NCBI GenBank assembly: GCA_963663865.1
Contig: OY760686.1
Coordinates: 1,280,001-1,344,000, forward strand
DNA length: 64,000 nucleotides
Direction of reading: 5' to 3'
Source of the DNA: Spirochaetota bacterium
GTDB taxonomy: Bacteria; Spirochaetota; UBA4802; UBA5550
The notes beneath the pieces are model-generated. The model saw only the letters and a list, made by a program, of their open reading frames with translations. It ran no database searches and had not been told where the DNA came from. Shown here piece after piece: positions 58,551-64,000 of the stretch. The position numbers were made by a program, and so were the translations under genes. The first letter of the stretch is position 1, and every line of letters begins with the position of its first letter.

Positions 58551-59245
58551 CTGAATCTCATACCAAATCCGACATAGAAGCACTATTGAAAAATTCTTTG
58601 CCGTTTGATGACTTCATTCTTTTCAGAGACTCTGAAGAAGCAGATTTTCTCAGGGAATTTACATGCGCCAGGAACCCTCACGGCCCCGGAGAGAAGGCAT
58701 CAGCTGCCTGTGTCGAGCCGGAGGCTTCTTTGAACAGCCTTGAGAAAATCAGGGAAGCCATAGAAAGCTGCTGTGTTTGCGGCGACAATACAGAAAAGAA
58801 ATTCGGAGTGGGAGACGGCAGCTCCGGCATCATGGTAATACTAAACGCGCCTCTTCTGATGTCTGATGCGGAAAGAAACCTCTACAGAGATGACTCTATC
58901 CGCCTTATGAAAAAGATGGTGGAATCAATTCAGGTTCCGTTCGCCCGCTGCTATACGACCAACCTGGTCAAATGCCGTCCGCTCAGTCCGGTAATTAAGC
59001 CGAGTGAGAAGGTTCACAACTGTCTTCCGATGATTGGAAAAGAAATAGGCATAGTAAAACCTTCAATAATCATCGTGATGGGAGACATCCTGCCGCTTCA
59101 GAGCCTGGTGCATGACAGCCGCGGTATCTTCTGGTACAGTGTTGAGCATCCGGTCACCATACTCAAGAATCCCGAAATGAAGCGAAAAGCCTGGAACACG
59201 CTGCAGGCGGTCATATTGAAAAAGCAGGAGCTTGGTCTCAAGTAA
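58547..59245 (+). CDS. Uracil-DNA glycosylase family 4-like protein, degenerate motif A
   Basis: C..C, YTTNLVKCRP, C, HP..IL; GEAPG replaced by LNAPL. Confidence 0.7.
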   Translation: MTESHTKSDIEALLKNSLPFDDFILFRDSEEADFLREFTCARNPHGPGEKASAACVEPEASLNSLEKIREAIESCCVCGDNTEKKFGVGDGSSGIMVILNAPLLMSDAERNLYRDDSIRLMKKMVESIQVPFARCYTTNLVKCRPLSPVIKPSEKVHNCLPMIGKEIGIVKPSIIIVMGDILPLQSLVHDSRGIFWYSVEHPVTILKNPEMKRKAWNTLQAVILKKQELGLK

Positions 59246-59246
59246 G

Positions 59247-61205
59247 ATGTATGCTGATATTTTAGTGCCTGTCCCGGTAGACAGGGCCTTTACCTATTTG
59301 CTTCCCGAAAATTCCGGGGCAATTCCGGGCATGAGGGTGGGAGTGGACTTTGCGGGAAGAGAGCTGACTGGCTGTATTGTCAGAGTTCACCATGAGGCTC
59401 CTGTTGACTTCACTCCAAAAGAGATTACATCGCTTATCGATGATGAACCTGTTTTCGGAGACAGTTTTCTGCGGCTTTGCGCGTTCACCGCAGAGAACTA
59501 TCTTTCGGCCCGCGGGGAGGTGGCCTCTATGGCGCTTCCGTCGGGGCTGCGTCCTTCGTCACGGCATAGAAAAAAATCGGGGGGGGATAAGGACCCTCTG
59601 AAGCCGCTCAGCGCTTCACAGTCAGCTGTCCTTAAATCAATAACAGAGCAAGTAGAAAAGAACTCCCTTTATCACCTCATCTTCGGTGTTACGGGCAGCG
59701 GCAAGACAGAAATATACATCCATCTTGCTTCGCGGATAATCAGCTCAGGAAGATCGGTAATTTTCCTTGTGCCGGAGATATCCCTCTCATCACAGATATT
59801 TGAAAGGCTTGAGGCTGTCTTCCGTGATGAATTGGTTCTGTATCACAGCGGCCTTACAGCACAGCAGAGGCTTCATTCATGGAAGCGTTTTTATTCGGGT
59901 GAATCAAGGATAGCTGTCGGAACGAGGTCAGCTGTATTTATGCAGTGTCCAGACCTGGGGCTGATTATTATAGACGAAGAGCATGACCAGTCCTACAAGG
60001 AGCATTCCACACCCAGGTACAATGCCAGGCGCATTGCCTTCTACAGGTCAAGAACGGAGGGCGCGGCAGTCATCATGGGTTCTGCCACACCGTCAATAGA
60101 AACATTTTACGCATGTCAGAAGGAGGTCATTAATCTGCATCGTCTTGAAAGCAGGTTTGGTTCAGGCGGAATGCCTTCGATTGAATTGGTAAAGCTGAGC
60201 CCGGGAAATTCGCAGAGTATGCTTACCCCCAGGTTAAAGCTATATGTAAAAAAAGCAGCAGAAAAAAAACAGCAGAGTATACTGCTTTTAAACCGGCGGG
60301 GATTTGCGCCGCTTGTAATATGTTCTTCCTGCGGTGTTCCTGTAGAATGCCCCGACTGCGGCATTGCCATGAACTACCACAATAATGGCCGGCTGATCTG
60401 CCACTATTGCGGTTACACAACAGGTATGCCTGAAAAGTGTGCTGAATGCGGATGCGAGGAGCTCATCCGTTTCGGTTCCGGAACGCAGAGGGTCGAGGAG
60501 TCGGTTGTCTCGGAATTTAGCGGGTATGCCGTTGCCAGACTTGACCACGACAGCGCCTCCCGCAAAGGGTACACACAGGACATTGTAGCAAAGATGAAGT
60601 CAGGTGAAATCAGCATACTCCTTGGAACCCAGATGGTAGCGAAGGGGTTTGATTTCCCCGGAGTAAGCGTAGTGGGAGTTCTTGTTGCAGATATCGGGCT
60701 GAACATGCCTGATTACAGGGCGAGCGAAAGGATATTCTCGCTTGTGACCCAGGCTGCCGGACGCTGCGGCCGGGGCGATGAGCCCGGCAGGGTGCTGATA
60801 CAGACCCTTGATCCAGGCAACAATATATTTAAATACATAATTAACAATGATTACGAGGGCTTTTATACGTCCGAACTTGCGGTTCGCCGGTTGGTAGGCT
60901 ATCCTCCCTTCTGCAGGCTGGCACGCCTTCTTCTCAGGGGGCAGAACGAACAGGCTGTAATAGATGCGGCATGTTCACTTTCCGGTTCAATCAGAAAGGC
61001 TGTCAGCGAGAAGGGTTTTCCTGTGACAGTACTCGGGCCCTCAGAGGCCCCGATAGGACGAATCGCCAGGAATTTCAGGCATCACATCATACTGAAATCA
61101 AAAGATGTAAACGCGATAAGGGAGGTTATAAAGCTGACGAGAGATTCTGTGAAGGGGAGGGGCCTCTATCTTGAGATTGATATTGACCCCTCTGATATGA
61201 TGTAG
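59247..61205 (+). CDS. priA: Primosomal protein N'
   Basis: GVTGSGKTE, VPEISL, IDEEHD.SYK, NRRGF, four CxxC motifs, GTQMVAKG.DF, QAAGRCGR. Confidence 0.96.
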   Translation: MYADILVPVPVDRAFTYLLPENSGAIPGMRVGVDFAGRELTGCIVRVHHEAPVDFTPKEITSLIDDEPVFGDSFLRLCAFTAENYLSARGEVASMALPSGLRPSSRHRKKSGGDKDPLKPLSASQSAVLKSITEQVEKNSLYHLIFGVTGSGKTEIYIHLASRIISSGRSVIFLVPEISLSSQIFERLEAVFRDELVLYHSGLTAQQRLHSWKRFYSGESRIAVGTRSAVFMQCPDLGLIIIDEEHDQSYKEHSTPRYNARRIAFYRSRTEGAAVIMGSATPSIETFYACQKEVINLHRLESRFGSGGMPSIELVKLSPGNSQSMLTPRLKLYVKKAAEKKQQSILLLNRRGFAPLVICSSCGVPVECPDCGIAMNYHNNGRLICHYCGYTTGMPEKCAECGCEELIRFGSGTQRVEESVVSEFSGYAVARLDHDSASRKGYTQDIVAKMKSGEISILLGTQMVAKGFDFPGVSVVGVLVADIGLNMPDYRASERIFSLVTQAAGRCGRGDEPGRVLIQTLDPGNNIFKYIINNDYEGFYTSELAVRRLVGYPPFCRLARLLLRGQNEQAVIDAACSLSGSIRKAVSEKGFPVTVLGPSEAPIGRIARNFRHHIILKSKDVNAIREVIKLTRDSVKGRGLYLEIDIDPSDMM

Positions 61206-61208
61206 CTG

Positions 61209-62441
61209 TTATTTATTTTTGATTGTTTCAAGTTCACGCCTGACAATCTCTTCAAACATCTCTGCCTTCGGGCCGCCGAGAATTCTGCGTCCGCCTATGA
61301 ACAGAGTGGGGGTTGCTTCCACCTTGTTTCTGATAGCCGCCGCCATATGCCTTCTAATCTGTGCGTCAGTTTTGTCGAGCTTCATGGCTTTTTCAAAAAG
61401 GACTTTGTCGGCATTCAAAGCGCTTCCTCCTGAAACCATGTCGAATATCTTTACTGCCCAGTCAGATGAGTACTTCTTTCTGTATTCCTTACGTGAGGCA
61501 AAATGGGTGTCGACATAGTCCTTTAGGACTCCGAGCGATGCTGCGGCCTCAACGGCGCTGGAGGCAATACAGGAGTTGTCGTAAACTGTTCTCTGGACAT
61601 CCGGGTTGCAGTCGCTGTCAAGGGGATAGTGGTAGTAAACGAATTTCACCTTTCCATCGAATTTATCAAGTATCTGCTTTTCCTTGTCGTAGAATGAACC
61701 GCAGGCGCTGCATAGGAAATCAGAAAAGACATGGATGCTGAGTTCGGCGTCAGGATTTCCAAGAACGATGCGGCTTTCCGGAAGATCAAGCTTTTCGACG
61801 GGCTTCTTGTAGAACTCTTCAGCGTATTTATCAATCTCCTGCTGGGTAACAATTTTTACCGGATGTCTTAGGCTGAGTGCCGTATTGGTCTGATAAAGCG
61901 AATAGGGAAGAAGAAAAAGTGTGATCACCGCAAGCGCTGAGGCCGCTTTTCTGTCTGACGATTCCGGCTTAAACTCCTTCAGAACAGATTTAATACTCAG
62001 TCCCTGCTCTTTCCTCAACCGTGAATACAGTAAAACAAAGACTGCAAGAACAATGATGTTTATGGCGTAGGTGGCAACACAGAGCGGACAAAACTCACCA
62101 AGATATACGAGAAGCAGGGCGAGGGCGATGTCGACAGCGACTGAAAGGACGGTAAGAGCTGTTCCTGCCGCTGTGTACGCCCTGAGGTAGAAATCATGTG
62201 CGTAGTCAGCAACGAGAACTCCAATCAGTATTACCAGGTAATAGAGAAGTCCAAACGCGGCTACCGGAATGCCCAGGAACACGGAGTACGGAGAATGAGA
62301 TACATTCGTGCACGAACCGGTTACACCGCATGACAGGATGCCGAAGTCGGCAGCCGGCTGGTAATGCTGAATCAGCAGCACAGCTGAAAGGAATGAACCT
62401 GCCGCAGCGAGGATGATAAGCAAATAGATGTATTTCTTCAT
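61209..62441 (-). CDS. VKOR-DsbA/thioredoxin fusion
   Basis: VKOR Cys pair C.....C..V..S.Y and CPLC; DF.CSAC, HYPLD..CN, ATPT. Confidence 0.88.
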   Translation of the reverse strand: MKKYIYLLIILAAAGSFLSAVLLIQHYQPAADFGILSCGVTGSCTNVSHSPYSVFLGIPVAAFGLLYYLVILIGVLVADYAHDFYLRAYTAAGTALTVLSVAVDIALALLLVYLGEFCPLCVATYAINIIVLAVFVLLYSRLRKEQGLSIKSVLKEFKPESSDRKAASALAVITLFLLPYSLYQTNTALSLRHPVKIVTQQEIDKYAEEFYKKPVEKLDLPESRIVLGNPDAELSIHVFSDFLCSACGSFYDKEKQILDKFDGKVKFVYYHYPLDSDCNPDVQRTVYDNSCIASSAVEAAASLGVLKDYVDTHFASRKEYRKKYSSDWAVKIFDMVSGGSALNADKVLFEKAMKLDKTDAQIRRHMAAAIRNKVEATPTLFIGGRRILGGPKAEMFEEIVRRELETIKNK

Positions 62442-62534
62442 TTTATTGCTCCAAAGAAAGGGTTTTTATGAAAACTGTGACAGCTTAGCAATCCCGCTTT
62501 TTGCGGTCAAGCTGTTCATCGCTGGCATCATGCT

Positions 62535-63695
62535 TTAGACTCCAATCATGGGATCGGTAAGCCTCTTGTGTTCCTCCAGAGCAAAACGGTCGGTCATCCC
62601 GGCAATGTAGTCCGCGCATACGAGGTAGGTGTTCACCGAAACAGCTCTTGAACGGTATTCGTCCGGAAGAATGTCAGGGTAGCGGGTATAAATGCTGAAA
62701 AGATCGCGTATCACATTCTCGGCCTTCATCGACATGCGTTTGACCTTGTAGTGTCTGTAGAGCCTGGTCTGGAGAAATGATTTTAACTCGCTGTTCGCGC
62801 GGTGCACTTCAGAGCTGAATCCCGCCAGTGTTTTGCCGCAATTGGTTACATCCAGCAGTGATTTAATACTGTTATCGCTTATTGCTACAGAGGTGGTCTC
62901 AATAAGATCTGTTACGAGGAGGTTAATTATCATCCTGATAATCTCCCGCGTAAGCAGTTTGGAATCCGGGTGCACCTGGCTGCTGCACTTTGCTGAAGCA
63001 AGCAGCCAAATCTCAAGTTCGGCAATCTCGTTCAGGGATAGAAGCCCTGAGCTTATGCCGTCATCAAGGTCGTGGCTGTTGTAGGCTATTTCATCAGCAG
63101 GGCTGATTATCTGCGCTTCAAGCGTTGGAGGGACTCCCGGGGCGAAGCTGCTGAAGCTTTCTCCGCAGTCGGGTGTTGAATGCTTGATAATTCCTTCCCG
63201 CGTTTCCCATGTCAGGTTCAGGCCGTTATAGTTTTGATAGGTCTTTTCAAGTTCTTCGACCACTCTGAGCGTTTGCCTGTTGTGCTCGAAGCCGCCATGG
63301 TCTTTCATAAGCAGGTTAAGCTGTCTCTCACCGGAATGGCCGAAAGGGGTATGGCCCAAGTCATGGGCAAGTGCTATGGCTTCGGACAGGTCTTCATTAA
63401 GCCCGAGGGCCCTCGCCGTTGTGCGGGCTATCTGGGCTACTTCAATTGTATGGGTGAGGCGTGTGCGGTAATGGTCTCCCTCATGGTTAATGAAAACCTG
63501 GGTTTTGTATTCAAGGCGCCGGAACGCCTTTGAGTGGATTATCCTTTCCCTGTCACGCTGAAACTCTGACCTGTATGGATGGCATTTTTCAGGAAAAAGT
63601 CTTCCGCGTGAGTGACTGCTGAAGCACGCGTAGGGGGCGAGAGCCTTTTCATAGGCAGGCAGATGCGCATTTTTATCTTTCAAGTGAGAGTTCAT
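62535..63695 (-). CDS. dgt: Deoxyguanosinetriphosphate triphosphohydrolase
   Basis: FQRDR.RI.HS.AFRRL..KTQVF, RTRLTH, HDLGHTPFGH.GE, DYIAGMTD.FA. Confidence 0.94.
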   Translation of the reverse strand: MNSHLKDKNAHLPAYEKALAPYACFSSHSRGRLFPEKCHPYRSEFQRDRERIIHSKAFRRLEYKTQVFINHEGDHYRTRLTHTIEVAQIARTTARALGLNEDLSEAIALAHDLGHTPFGHSGERQLNLLMKDHGGFEHNRQTLRVVEELEKTYQNYNGLNLTWETREGIIKHSTPDCGESFSSFAPGVPPTLEAQIISPADEIAYNSHDLDDGISSGLLSLNEIAELEIWLLASAKCSSQVHPDSKLLTREIIRMIINLLVTDLIETTSVAISDNSIKSLLDVTNCGKTLAGFSSEVHRANSELKSFLQTRLYRHYKVKRMSMKAENVIRDLFSIYTRYPDILPDEYRSRAVSVNTYLVCADYIAGMTDRFALEEHKRLTDPMIGV

Positions 63696-64000
63696 TCTCT
63701 CTTGCCTGGGCGGCTGTTTTACGGTTAATTCTAAGTTCTTCGTTTGCCGGGTCGAGCTCAATGGCCCTGGTAAATGCCTGTACCGCTCGCTGAAAATCGC
63801 CCTGATTGTAACGGCATTTACCGATGTTGCCGTATGCCTTTGAACTGAGCGAGTCATCATTCGATGCCTTAATTGCCTGATAGTACATATCGACAGCATT
63901 TTCGAACATCTGTCTTTTGCTGTACAGAACTCCGGAAGCGAAAAGAGCCTCCGGGTCGCCGGGTTTTATCAGCAGGGCCTTTTTCAGGAAGTTCATGGCT
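63673..64000 (-). CDS. TPR protein, C-terminal part (truncated by window edge)
   Basis: TPR patterns AYGNIG..Y.QGDF..A...F.RAIELDP. Confidence 0.75.
   Translation of the reverse strand, partial: AMNFLKKALLIKPGDPEALFASGVLYSKRQMFENAVDMYYQAIKASNDDSLSSKAYGNIGKCRYNQGDFQRAVQAFTRAIELDPANEELRINRKTAAQARENELSLER

Noticed and set aside
63696-63899. N-terminal extension of dgt in the ORF track
   Set aside because: It overlaps the upstream TPR gene in another frame; the likely start is ATG 63695.

Overview
Chromosomal segment from a diderm bacterium, most likely an anaerobic spirochaete. The evidence is a FlaA sheath protein, the rpoN-hpf-hprK-ptsH block and an Orange-protein (orp)-type Fe-S cluster; the taxonomy is inference. 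Most of the window is housekeeping: a Btu/Fec ABC transporter, MlaEFD, carB-pyrR-trxB, yggS-proC-M23, adk, an NtrYX-like pair, priA, VKOR-DsbA and dgt. I found no rRNA, tRNA, IS element, prophage or true CRISPR array. Best leads: (1) an operon with its own sigma70 promoter joining a PAS histidine-kinase homologue that lacks its phosphoacceptor His to a RavA-like AAA+ ATPase and a VWA protein; (2) an MlaEFD operon led by an 11-aa mini-ORF and an unusual aromatic-Pro repeat protein instead of MlaA/B/C; (3) a multibranched 5' leader RNA that I cannot assign to a known riboswitch class; (4) an orp-like cluster whose sigma54 promoter, twin enhancer palindromes and probable leaderless start can be read from the DNA; (5) an AT-rich ECF sigma/ZAS-FecR module with a promoter motif seen twice; (6) a switchable attenuator upstream of carB-pyrR. 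All functional calls come from motif recognition, not database searches.
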